IMG/VR virus record: IMGVR_UViG_3300027749_000034
Strand: one strand, 5' to 3'
DNA length: 64,000 nucleotides
Source: a virus
Lineage: Duplodnaviria; Caudoviricetes
The notes under the pieces are model-generated. The model was not told the DNA's origin. It saw only the letters and a list, made by a program, of their open reading frames with translations, and did no database searches. Below, piece after piece: positions 37,352 through 46,475 of the stretch. The position numbers and the translations under genes are program-made. Positions within the stretch are counted from its first letter, which is position 1; the number at the start of each line of letters is the position of its first letter.

Positions 37352-38107
37352 ATGGCAGACGACACAAAAACATCCGAACGATCAAAAGTACAACGATTCA
37401 TTGAGCTTAGTCTCGGTGGTGGCATGGTTGATATTGAGCTTGACAAAGAACACTACGATCTTGTGATTGATAAATCTATTGATTACTACCGCCAGCGAAG
37501 CAGTCGTGCAGTAGAAGAAAGCTTCATGATTTTAAATTTACAACCTGCCGAAAGCACATACTATCTGCCAGACGAAATCAATGAAGTTACCAATGTTTAC
37601 AGATCCAGTGGCGGCGGTATTGGAACCACGGCCGCATCATTTGAACCGTTTGAAGCTGGCTATCTTAATATGTATATGCTGAATGCCACAAGAGGCCAAG
37701 GACTTGCAACTTTTGAGTTATACATGGGTCAGCGCAAGATGCTTGGCTACTTTTTTGGTGCCAATTTGATGTTTACTTGGATTTCCGAAACAAAGCGTTT
37801 GACATTACATAGAAATATCAAAGGTGATGAACCAGTTATTTTACATACATTCAATTATCGTCCGGTTGAATCACTGCTGGCTGACACCCATTGCAAGCAA
37901 TGGCTTAGAAATTACAGTTTGGCCAATGCAAAAATGATACTAGGACAAGCTCGTAGCAAGTTTGCAAGCTTGGCCGGACCGCAGGGTGGAGTACAATTGA
38001 ACGGCAATGATCTGATCACACAAGCATCAGCTGAAATAGAAAAGCTGGAAGATGACTTGTCAAAATATTCAGATGGTGGCACACCACTGGGCTTCATAAT
38101 TGGCTAA
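37352..38107 (+). CDS. gp13: Neck protein, gp13-like
   Basis: IELDKEHYD...IDYY...AKMILGQARSKF...GVQLNG. Confidence 0.85.
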   Translation: MADDTKTSERSKVQRFIELSLGGGMVDIELDKEHYDLVIDKSIDYYRQRSSRAVEESFMILNLQPAESTYYLPDEINEVTNVYRSSGGGIGTTAASFEPFEAGYLNMYMLNATRGQGLATFELYMGQRKMLGYFFGANLMFTWISETKRLTLHRNIKGDEPVILHTFNYRPVESLLADTHCKQWLRNYSLANAKMILGQARSKFASLAGPQGGVQLNGNDLITQASAEIEKLEDDLSKYSDGGTPLGFIIG

Positions 38108-38114
38108 AAAATAA

Positions 38115-38143
38115 TTGACCTAGTGTCACAGTTGTGCTACACT
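38115..38143 (+). promoter_or_regulatory. Sigma70-type promoter TTGACC-N17-TACACT
   Basis: Upstream of the dNMP kinase. Confidence 0.65.
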
Positions 38144-38148
38144 TAGCT

Positions 38149-38769
38149 ATGACTACAAAAATTATTGGCGTATGTGGATTTATAGGGTCTGGTAAAGACA
38201 CAGCCGCAGACTATCTTGTTAACTTTCACGAATTTCGCAGAGATTCTTTTGCCTCAACCCTCAAAGATGCGGTAGCCGCCGTTTTTGGCTGGGATAGAGA
38301 AATGCTGGAAGGCCGCACTAAACAAGCCCGTGAATGGCGAGAACAAGTGGATCCCTGGTGGAGCACCAGACTTGACATGCCAAACCTAACTCCTCGCTGG
38401 GTTTTACAGTGGTGGGGAACTGAAGTTTGCCGTAAAAGCTTTCACGACGACATATGGATTGCAAGTTTAGAAGCTCGCTTACGAAATACCACAGATAATA
38501 TTGTAATTTCTGACTGTAGATTTCCCAATGAAATCAAAGCAATTAGAAATGCTGGTGGACAAGTGATCAGGGTAGTGCGAGGAGAAGATCCAGAATGGTA
38601 CGATATTGCCATAAGTACAAATGCTGGTACTTTCAACCATATGGCCACTGCCTACTCAGATGTGCATGCCAGCGAATGGGCTTGGGTTGGTACCAAGTTT
38701 GATGCAGTAATTGACAACAACAGTACTGTGGATAATCTATATAAACAGCTAGAAATGGTTGTCCAGTAA
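38149..38769 (+). CDS. gp1: Deoxynucleoside monophosphate kinase
   Basis: IIGVCGFIGSGKDT P-loop, FASTLKD, PRWVLQWWGTE, VISDCRFPNE. Confidence 0.9.
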   Translation: MTTKIIGVCGFIGSGKDTAADYLVNFHEFRRDSFASTLKDAVAAVFGWDREMLEGRTKQAREWREQVDPWWSTRLDMPNLTPRWVLQWWGTEVCRKSFHDDIWIASLEARLRNTTDNIVISDCRFPNEIKAIRNAGGQVIRVVRGEDPEWYDIAISTNAGTFNHMATAYSDVHASEWAWVGTKFDAVIDNNSTVDNLYKQLEMVVQ

Positions 38770-38873
38770 ATTATAAAATCAGTTGTACCGCTAAATATCG
38801 TCATTTTTCGTTTTATAGCTAAATATCTTCATGAAGGGTAATGAGAATCCCTTAAGATTACGGAGATATTAAA

Positions 38874-41255
38874 ATGGCTCAGCTAGTTTCCCCAGGCGTA
38901 AGTGTATCGATCATTGATGAAAGTGCATACGCATCTGCAGGCAATGGAACTGTACCTGTTATTGTTTTAGCAAGTGCTTCTAACAAGAAAGCACCAGACG
39001 GAACAAGCGCAACTTACACTACAGCACCTTTTGCCCTTAAACCACTAATGCTCACAAGCCAGAGAGAATTAGTACAATTATATGGTGAACCAAATTTCAC
39101 TATCGTCGACGGCACACCAGTACACGGTCACGAATTAAACGAATACGGCTTGTTGGCCGCTTACTATTACTTAGGCATTGCCAACCGCGCAATTGTTGTG
39201 CGAGCAGATCTAAAGATGGAAGAATTAGAGCCATCAGCAATGGCACCAGTTGGTCCTCCAACCAACGGTCAATACTGGTTAGATACATTGTTTTCATCTT
39301 GGGGAATCTTTGAAGGCGACGGCAACAAGTGGATCAAGCAAAAAGTTAGAGTCACTGTTGGTGCGCCAGGCAACGGCGTTGGTGCCAACGGAGACTATGC
39401 AGTAGATGCCAGTACCACAATGCGCCAGTTCTATAAAAAATTAGCTGGTGCCTGGGTACATTTAAGTTCAGCCGCAATTTCTGCCACTGTTACAATTAGT
39501 GCTCACTATAACCGTCCAACTCCAACACTTGGAAATGTTTGGTTTAAAGTAACAAGTCCAAATGCAGGATTTGCTCCAGTCATTAAGAAATACAATGCAA
39601 GCACAGAAACATGGACAAAACAAGTAATTGGTCCAAACGGTGCTGACATGAGAATTGGTTACGGCAACAACACACTTGCAACTACAGCATTTGGAGATGC
39701 ACTAAATGTAAATGATCTTTACATTGAATTTCCAGATAGCAACGAAGCAAAATTTCAAATTAGACGCTACAATGGTGATGCTTGGGTTGTAATTGATCCA
39801 TCAGCAGGCGATGACAAACCAGCAGGCGCAATTCCAAATGGTAAGTTATGGTATGATGCCGGCGACACCGTTGACATCTATGTAAAAGATACAGTGGCAG
39901 GAACACCAATTTGGAAAGCAGTCAGTCAAGTTGATGTCAACACTGAAGAGCCAGCAAATCCAAGCTTTGGCGATGTATGGGTTGACACAAATGACATGGC
40001 CAACTATCCATTACTAAAAGTATATGATGGTAGTGCTTGGGTCGCTCGTGACAATGCAGACCAAACTACAGAAGAAGGTTGCTTGTTTGTTGATTTAACA
40101 ACAACATTGGGCGACACCACAGGAACACAAAATGGTGCAACAGCATTAGAGACAGCACCAAACCCAGCTTACTATCCAGATGATATGCTATTATGGAACA
40201 GCGCAATGAGTTCTGGTAATGTTAAGAAATGGGTAGAAGACGGAGATATGAGCCGTTGGCACACAGAATCTGGCAATATCGATGCAGGCGCCAAAGCCGG
40301 TGCTCCTTACATGTTTGACAAGGCACAACGCCGAGTAGTTGTCAAGCGTTTACAAGAAGCATTGACAGACAATCCGGATCTTCGTGCAGAAACACTAGAC
40401 TTCAACTTAATTGCAACTCCAGGATATGTTGAATGTTTAGACGAAATGATCACATTGAATTATGATCGTAAGGAAACAGCGTTTATTATTGCCGACACTC
40501 CAATGAAGTTATCAAGTAGAATGAGTGATGTTCATACTTGGGCATTGGGTACACAAGCAGGCAGTAACAGTGCCGATGGCCTAACAACTCGAAGTAGCGG
40601 AGCCGCAATTTACTATCCAAGCTGTTTATCAACAGACTTGAATGGCAACGATGTTGCAGTTCCAGCAAGTCATGCAGTATTGCGTGGCTTTGCCTACAAC
40701 GACCAAGTTGCTTATCCATGGTTTGCACCAGCTGGTTTAACTCGCGGTGCGCTAAGTGGCATCAGTAACTTGGGTCTAGTAACTTCTGAAAACGAATTCA
40801 TGCCAATGGCATTGAATCAAGGTCAGCGAGATACATTGTATCTTGACAAGATTAACCCGTTGGTCAACTTCCCAGGCCAAGGTTTGTACATCTGGGGACA
40901 GAAAACATTGTACGCGGCAGATACCGCATTGGATCGTGTTAACGTCGGCCGTTTATTAGCTTACTTGCGTAAACAGTTTGATATTATTGCTCGTCCGTTC
41001 ATATTTGAACCAAACGATCAAAAGACTCGCGATCGTATTATTTCTGTATTCAACGGCTTCTTGGCAGATTTGTATAGCAAAAGAGCTGTTTATGACTTCT
41101 TAGTAGTTTGTGATTCAACAAACAATACACCAGCTAGAATTGATAGAAATGAACTGTACATTGATGTGGCAATTGAGCCAGTCAAAGCCGCAGAATTTAT
41201 CTACATTCCTGTTAGGGTAGTAAACACTGGCGCGATTGCCGGCGGCACTAAATAA
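38874..41255 (+). CDS. gp18: Tail sheath protein
   Basis: LVSPGVSVSIIDES, WFAPAGLTRG, DRVNVGRL, FEPND; two TAAATA upstream (38792, 38820). Confidence 0.95.
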   Translation: MAQLVSPGVSVSIIDESAYASAGNGTVPVIVLASASNKKAPDGTSATYTTAPFALKPLMLTSQRELVQLYGEPNFTIVDGTPVHGHELNEYGLLAAYYYLGIANRAIVVRADLKMEELEPSAMAPVGPPTNGQYWLDTLFSSWGIFEGDGNKWIKQKVRVTVGAPGNGVGANGDYAVDASTTMRQFYKKLAGAWVHLSSAAISATVTISAHYNRPTPTLGNVWFKVTSPNAGFAPVIKKYNASTETWTKQVIGPNGADMRIGYGNNTLATTAFGDALNVNDLYIEFPDSNEAKFQIRRYNGDAWVVIDPSAGDDKPAGAIPNGKLWYDAGDTVDIYVKDTVAGTPIWKAVSQVDVNTEEPANPSFGDVWVDTNDMANYPLLKVYDGSAWVARDNADQTTEEGCLFVDLTTTLGDTTGTQNGATALETAPNPAYYPDDMLLWNSAMSSGNVKKWVEDGDMSRWHTESGNIDAGAKAGAPYMFDKAQRRVVVKRLQEALTDNPDLRAETLDFNLIATPGYVECLDEMITLNYDRKETAFIIADTPMKLSSRMSDVHTWALGTQAGSNSADGLTTRSSGAAIYYPSCLSTDLNGNDVAVPASHAVLRGFAYNDQVAYPWFAPAGLTRGALSGISNLGLVTSENEFMPMALNQGQRDTLYLDKINPLVNFPGQGLYIWGQKTLYAADTALDRVNVGRLLAYLRKQFDIIARPFIFEPNDQKTRDRIISVFNGFLADLYSKRAVYDFLVVCDSTNNTPARIDRNELYIDVAIEPVKAAEFIYIPVRVVNTGAIAGGTK

Positions 41256-41272
41256 GGACAAGGAGAAATAAA

Positions 41273-41884
41273 ATGGCGGTCCAATTAGACAAATTTAATG
41301 TACCAGGTGGTAGCTCAGGCGCTCTTGTTCAACCAAAGTTAGGTTATCGTTTTCGCGTAGTCCTAAATAACTTTGGCAATGGTGCTGATACACTTGAACT
41401 AACAAGTCAGGTTGTTAGCGTAACTCGTCCAAGCGTAACGCACGACGATATCACAGTTGATGTTTACAATTCAAGAATTTTCTTGGCAGGTAAACACACT
41501 TGGGATCCAATTACAATCACTGTAAAAGATGATGTAACTGGCAAAGTTGCAACAGCAATTGCAAAACAACTTGAAAGACAGCTGGACCATGCTAGTCAAG
41601 CCGGTGCAACATCTGGACAAGGCTACAAATTTGGTTTGCGTATTGAAAACTTAGATGGCGGAAATGGTGGCGAAGTTGTGTTAGATGGGTGGCACCTAGG
41701 TGGTGCATACATTCAAAACGTCAACTACGGTGAGAACAACTACTCAAGCAGTGATCCATTGAACATTACCATTGCCATCAAGTATGACAATGCCAACCAT
41801 ATTGTAACGGATATCCCAGTACTAGAAGGTGACACACCAGACAACACAGCAGGCGTATCAACAGCAGGTGCTTCAGGCGGTTAA
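41273..41884 (+). CDS. gp19: Tail tube protein
   Basis: YRFRV, AGKHTWDPITIT; follows the sheath gene. Confidence 0.88.
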   Translation: MAVQLDKFNVPGGSSGALVQPKLGYRFRVVLNNFGNGADTLELTSQVVSVTRPSVTHDDITVDVYNSRIFLAGKHTWDPITITVKDDVTGKVATAIAKQLERQLDHASQAGATSGQGYKFGLRIENLDGGNGGEVVLDGWHLGGAYIQNVNYGENNYSSSDPLNITIAIKYDNANHIVTDIPVLEGDTPDNTAGVSTAGASGG

Positions 41885-41950
41885 TAACTAGCTTTAATAT
41901 CAAGTGATAAGTAAGTGTAAGCAGAAATGCTTGCCCTTATTAGGAGAAAT

Positions 41951-41976
41951 AAAAAGGGCGAGAAATCGCCCTTTTT
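41951..41976 (+). terminator. Rho-independent terminator
   Basis: AAAAAGGGCGA-GAAA-TCGCCCTTTTT. Confidence 0.85.
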
Positions 41977-41987
41977 CATTATAACAA

Positions 41988-43406
41988 ATGTCATATTCAA
42001 ATTTAGCAACACGACTTATTGGCCGTCAGGAAAATGGACTTCCTCTTGAAAGCGGATTCCCTTACCTAAAATTTGCATGGGATGTTGTTCTCAGTGGTGA
42101 AGGCATTGGTTCAAGTCCCCCGTTGGTCGCTAAAACTTGTGAGTTGCCACGCTGGTCTACTGACACACAAATTATCAATGTCTACAACCATAAAACAATT
42201 GTACAAACAAAATTCAACTACGAACCAATTACTATAAGCTTTTATGACCAGTGTAACAAAGTTGCAGATTCGGTGATTTGGAAATTTGTGCATGGTCAGT
42301 TTGATTGCACAGACGGCAGTAAAAAAGCAGACTTTGCGTCAATCGAAGTAAAAATTACGCAGAAGTCGTTGGGAGGTGGCCCTACCTCTGATAAAATATA
42401 CACATTGAAGAATGCATTCATTACAGATGCACAACACGATACTTTGGATTATGCAACTAGTGATGTGGTGTTATGGACAGTGACAATTAGGTATGAAAAT
42501 ATGGAATCTGAATTTTGTGATGGACAGGCACAAGATGTTACCACTGGTGTTGGTGCTTCGGCGTTGAACAAGACTCAATCACCTCCAAATGCAATATCAA
42601 CCCCAGTGAATCCAGCAGTTAACAAGCCAGCTGATAAACCTGTAAATGGCTGGGTGCAAAATGGCGGCGGTTCCGCCAATAACAGTGATCCGACTTCGGC
42701 GTCATACGGAATCCCAAGAGGAAGAGCTGGTCTACACAAGCTACCAGGTGATGTTGGATATGATCCAAATATAAATCCAGTCAAGCCAGGAAGCCTGGCC
42801 AGTCGTCGAACAACATTGCCACCAGATCCACATGCCAAGCCACCGACACCAACAGTGGAATCTTTTATGGCAAGAAGCTTTAGTACAACTACACCACAAT
42901 TTGTAAATACAGTTACAATTCCATTGGATAATAACACAGCAGAGCCAAGTTTGTATGATGCAAGCACTGGTACAGTTTCTCCTGCGACAAATAGTACTTT
43001 TCCAACTCGCACCGAGGCCAGCAAACAGTCAGACTTTTTGTCTAGACTAGAAAACATGCCCGACTTCAAGTCAAGCACTACAGAATGGCAAACTGCATTT
43101 AAGAACAATTTTAATCCTGCCAGCGATTCTCCAAAGGATTTACAGATAGCAGTCAAGCAAGCTCAACTGGAAGCCAATACATCAACACAGAGATATGCAC
43201 CCGAAGTCAGAGTGGTCGATAGAGAAGTAATCTATAATACTGCGCTGAACCAACAAAAAGAAGCAATTGGTCCAGCTGTTGTCAACGGATATGCACCTGT
43301 CAACGCCAACGATACCAAAAGCAATACACTATCAAGCCAACAGGCCGCTCGACAACAAAGTTATCAAACAACTAATCCATTAAAGGGTAATTCAACAGTA
43401 TGGTAA
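41988..43406 (+). CDS. Tube-fold paralogue (gp19/gp48/gp54-like) with long low-complexity C-terminus
   Basis: CELPRW...YEPITISFYD...YTLKNAFIT...TLDY...VTIRYE. Confidence 0.6.
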   Translation: MSYSNLATRLIGRQENGLPLESGFPYLKFAWDVVLSGEGIGSSPPLVAKTCELPRWSTDTQIINVYNHKTIVQTKFNYEPITISFYDQCNKVADSVIWKFVHGQFDCTDGSKKADFASIEVKITQKSLGGGPTSDKIYTLKNAFITDAQHDTLDYATSDVVLWTVTIRYENMESEFCDGQAQDVTTGVGASALNKTQSPPNAISTPVNPAVNKPADKPVNGWVQNGGGSANNSDPTSASYGIPRGRAGLHKLPGDVGYDPNINPVKPGSLASRRTTLPPDPHAKPPTPTVESFMARSFSTTTPQFVNTVTIPLDNNTAEPSLYDASTGTVSPATNSTFPTRTEASKQSDFLSRLENMPDFKSSTTEWQTAFKNNFNPASDSPKDLQIAVKQAQLEANTSTQRYAPEVRVVDREVIYNTALNQQKEAIGPAVVNGYAPVNANDTKSNTLSSQQAARQQSYQTTNPLKGNSTVW

Positions 43407-43684
43407 AAGTAATTCCACAAGTGGACTTTGACAAAGCAGTTCAAAAGATTTTATCAGTTGGACTGTCCAGGATTGCCGCAGAAAACATTGTGATTGTTTT
43501 TTGGAATGTGTGTGTAGAAAAAGATTTAAACTTTAAACAATTTGTTGACAAAGCTACCAGCACAGGTAAAATAGATGTTGATCAAAACATATTGGATTAT
43601 ATCAATTTAACCTTGCCCAACACAGTTAGATATTACAAAGACAAACCTGCCAAATTGAGTACTGTAATTGCTCGTGAACTATAA
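43400..43684 (+). CDS. Hypothetical protein
   Basis: 94-aa ORF coupled to its neighbours. Confidence 0.6.
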   Translation: MVKVIPQVDFDKAVQKILSVGLSRIAAENIVIVFWNVCVEKDLNFKQFVDKATSTGKIDVDQNILDYINLTLPNTVRYYKDKPAKLSTVIAREL

Positions 43685-44133
43685 TGGCCAACAACTACTC
43701 ACAAGGGTTCTTTACTCCAACGCACCCGGAGAAATATGTAGGTAAAGGCACTCCTAAATACCGCAGTGGTTGGGAACTGACATTCATGCGTTTTTGTGAC
43801 AACCATCCGGGTGTAGTTAATTGGGCAAGTGAAAATGTACGCATACCTTATCGCAATCCTTTCACAGGAAAAGACACATTCTATGTTCCAGACTTCTTTG
43901 TTGTGTATCAAAATGCCAATGGTAGACATGCTGAACTGGTTGAAATCAAACCCAAGTCACAAGCAGTGATGGAACTTGCCCGTAGCCAGCAAGAAAAAGC
44001 CGCTGTTGCACTCAACATGTGCAAATGGGCGGCCGCCAAAGCATGGTGCCAGCGTATGGGTGCCACATTCCGTATTCTAACAGAAGAAGACATTTTTAAC
44101 AATGTAAATCCGACTCGGAAGAGACGCAAATAG
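43684..44133 (+). CDS. gp4: Head completion nuclease (gp4, TnsA-like fold)
   Basis: PEKYVG...YRSGWE...FCD...WASE...IPY...YVPDF...VEIKP. Confidence 0.88.
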   Translation: MANNYSQGFFTPTHPEKYVGKGTPKYRSGWELTFMRFCDNHPGVVNWASENVRIPYRNPFTGKDTFYVPDFFVVYQNANGRHAELVEIKPKSQAVMELARSQQEKAAVALNMCKWAAAKAWCQRMGATFRILTEEDIFNNVNPTRKRRK

Positions 44134-44146
44134 TCATAAGTAGTTC

Positions 44147-44650
44147 ATGACTAAAAAATTAGAAGAAGTGTTTGGCTTTGCACCGATTGACGAAGCCAAT
44201 GCTTTATTAGACACACAACCAACTGAAGTTCCTGTGGAAATACAGGAGGAAATAGATACTGCACTGGCAACCATTGACATGGCAACTCGTGTAGATATTG
44301 CGTTGCCTACTGTAACAGATATGGCTTCAGCAGAGCGAGAGCTGGATGGACTTGCAAACAAAGCGCAGGAACAAAGCGAACGCTTGATGGATTTAGGCTT
44401 TAATGTAGATGATAGAAATGCGGGTAAGATTTTTGAAGTTGCCGCGCAATTGTTAAAAACAGCAGTGGATGCTAAGACTGCAAAGTTGGATAAAAAGCTC
44501 AAAATGGTTGAGTTACAATTGCGTAAGGCAAGAATGGATGGGGAAAAGGGCAACGATGATAATATCCTCGATGCAACAGACTCTGGCATGATCGGAAACC
44601 GCAATGATATTGTCAAAGCCATCCTAAACCGTGTTGGTCACAATAAATAG
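44147..44650 (+). CDS. Probable terminase small subunit (gp16-like)
   Basis: IFEVAAQLLKTAVD resembles the gp16 core; lies upstream of the large terminase. Confidence 0.55.
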   Translation: MTKKLEEVFGFAPIDEANALLDTQPTEVPVEIQEEIDTALATIDMATRVDIALPTVTDMASAERELDGLANKAQEQSERLMDLGFNVDDRNAGKIFEVAAQLLKTAVDAKTAKLDKKLKMVELQLRKARMDGEKGNDDNILDATDSGMIGNRNDIVKAILNRVGHNK

Positions 44651-44670
44651 TCTTATAAGAGGATTTAATT

Positions 44671-45291
44671 ATGCCAACCCTACTAGAGTATATAAGCAAG
44701 TTACAACAAGAACATCGCTATCGTATTAAGATGGTTTTTCAACCATCTGAAGCACAGTTAGAATGTTTAGAACGCCATATGAAAAAATATGATGCGTTAG
44801 AAGTAGGTCGCCCTGAAAAATTAATGCTACAAGCAGTACCAATGGACTTTCCACAATATGGTGGAGCAGAACTTGTTATTGTTGATGTAGTAACTCGCTT
44901 ACCAATTAGTCCGCCAGTACTAGAAGCAGAGCTTCGTGGCCTACTATTTGTACGAGACGGAACCATTAAAGTATTTGGACGCGACGAGCCAATTGAAAAA
45001 CAAATAGAAGATGACAAAGAGCCAAATCATGAGGCGCTACTTTGTGCAGATTATTCCAGCGCAGAAGCAAATGCTGTTTCAGCAGATGATGCCGCTGGAG
45101 ATAAGTATAATCAAAGTCTATTAAAAGATTTAGATAATAACCGAGCCGAAGCTCGTAAGAATATTACACAATCTAAAGAGTCAGCAAAAACAAGCCCAAC
45201 TTGGGAATCGCCAGCAGATGGCAAAACCAGTCCAGTTGGAACAAAAAAACAGGATATACCATATCCAACCAAGTCAGGAGCTAAAAAATGA
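44671..45291 (+). CDS. Hypothetical late protein
   Basis: 206 aa; TAAATA at 44644; GAGG SD. Confidence 0.7.
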   Translation: MPTLLEYISKLQQEHRYRIKMVFQPSEAQLECLERHMKKYDALEVGRPEKLMLQAVPMDFPQYGGAELVIVDVVTRLPISPPVLEAELRGLLFVRDGTIKVFGRDEPIEKQIEDDKEPNHEALLCADYSSAEANAVSADDAAGDKYNQSLLKDLDNNRAEARKNITQSKESAKTSPTWESPADGKTSPVGTKKQDIPYPTKSGAKK

Positions 45292-46463
45292 GTAATAAAA
45301 AATTAACTGAAGGTATTCGTGGCGCCAAAGAAGGCGTTGCTGAATGCTACACAGACGCTATGTCGCAAGGCGGCCAAGGTGAACAAATGTCGGTGACTAT
45401 TTCTATGCCCGGCAAGAATATCAGTGTTACCACAGACAGCGCCGACGAAATTGGAAACATCCTTCGTTTAGCTGGTATCAATGTTGGTGGCGCAAGTGCT
45501 GAACCAGAAATTGCCCTTGCAGTTGAACCAGGTGCCATGGGCGGCGAGGCTCCAGAAGCCGAGTTGCCACCAATGGGCGCACAAACAATGGGTCAACAAC
45601 CTCCAATGGATCCAAGGCTAGATCTGGATGGCGACGGCGACCATGACATGCATGACCATGAGTTAGAAGCTGAACAAGAAGCTGAACAAGAAGCTGAGCC
45701 AGATGTTGAAGAAGGTGCTGGAGCCATGCACTTCAAAGCACAACAGGCCAAAGCCGACGGTAAAGACAGTTTCAAGCTAGGCGACGAAGAATTTGATGTC
45801 GAAGAAGCGGCAGGCGATGTTTCAAGAACTTCCAAAGGTGGAACAGTAACACAAACTTCAACCGGACAAGTTCACAAAGCTGGTGCTGGCAACTATGGTG
45901 GATCAGACGATGATCACGACGATGACACACCAGTGCCAGCCGGTGCTGTTCCTGAAAAAGAAGATGAAGTTGACGAGTCCGCTCGTATACTTCAACTTGC
46001 TGGTGTAACTAACGAAGCACAAAGTGCCGCACAAAAAGCCGCATTCAAAGCCATGATTGACAAGAAGAATGGCAAGTCAGAAGACAAGGCAGATGACAAT
46101 GCCGAGGCAGATGACGAAGAAAAAGTTGAAGAAGCCACTGATGCAGTTCCAGCCGCAGGCAATGTATACGGCCAAGGTGTTTACGAAGGTCAACAAGAAT
46201 ACAGTCGTATTTTAGCATTGGCTGGCATTAACGAATGGGCAAACAGTCCACAGGGTAAAGCAGACGACAAAGGTACTACATTTGATAAACTTCCAAGCAA
46301 GCCAGGTCAAGGCAGTGGTAGTGCCGACTACGGACAAAACCGTGCAAACGGTCAGGGCGAAAACCCAATGGGCAGAAAAGATGTTGGAGTTGAAGAAGCA
46401 TTTGAAATTGCCATGGGTGAATACAGAAAATTTGTTTCAGAGAGCATTACTGATAAGAAGTAA
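45288..46463 (+). CDS. Acidic low-complexity protein, putative internal head protein
   Basis: 391 aa, three (R/N)ILxLAG(I/V) motifs and many [LIV]xE sites. Confidence 0.55.
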   Translation: MSNKKLTEGIRGAKEGVAECYTDAMSQGGQGEQMSVTISMPGKNISVTTDSADEIGNILRLAGINVGGASAEPEIALAVEPGAMGGEAPEAELPPMGAQTMGQQPPMDPRLDLDGDGDHDMHDHELEAEQEAEQEAEPDVEEGAGAMHFKAQQAKADGKDSFKLGDEEFDVEEAAGDVSRTSKGGTVTQTSTGQVHKAGAGNYGGSDDDHDDDTPVPAGAVPEKEDEVDESARILQLAGVTNEAQSAAQKAAFKAMIDKKNGKSEDKADDNAEADDEEKVEEATDAVPAAGNVYGQGVYEGQQEYSRILALAGINEWANSPQGKADDKGTTFDKLPSKPGQGSGSADYGQNRANGQGENPMGRKDVGVEEAFEIAMGEYRKFVSESITDKK

Positions 46464-46475
46464 TACGGAGGCCTA

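Noticed and set aside
42085-42130. tRNA T-loop-like GGTTCAAGTCCC
   Set aside because: Lies inside a coding region with no room for an anticodon arm and no acceptor stem.
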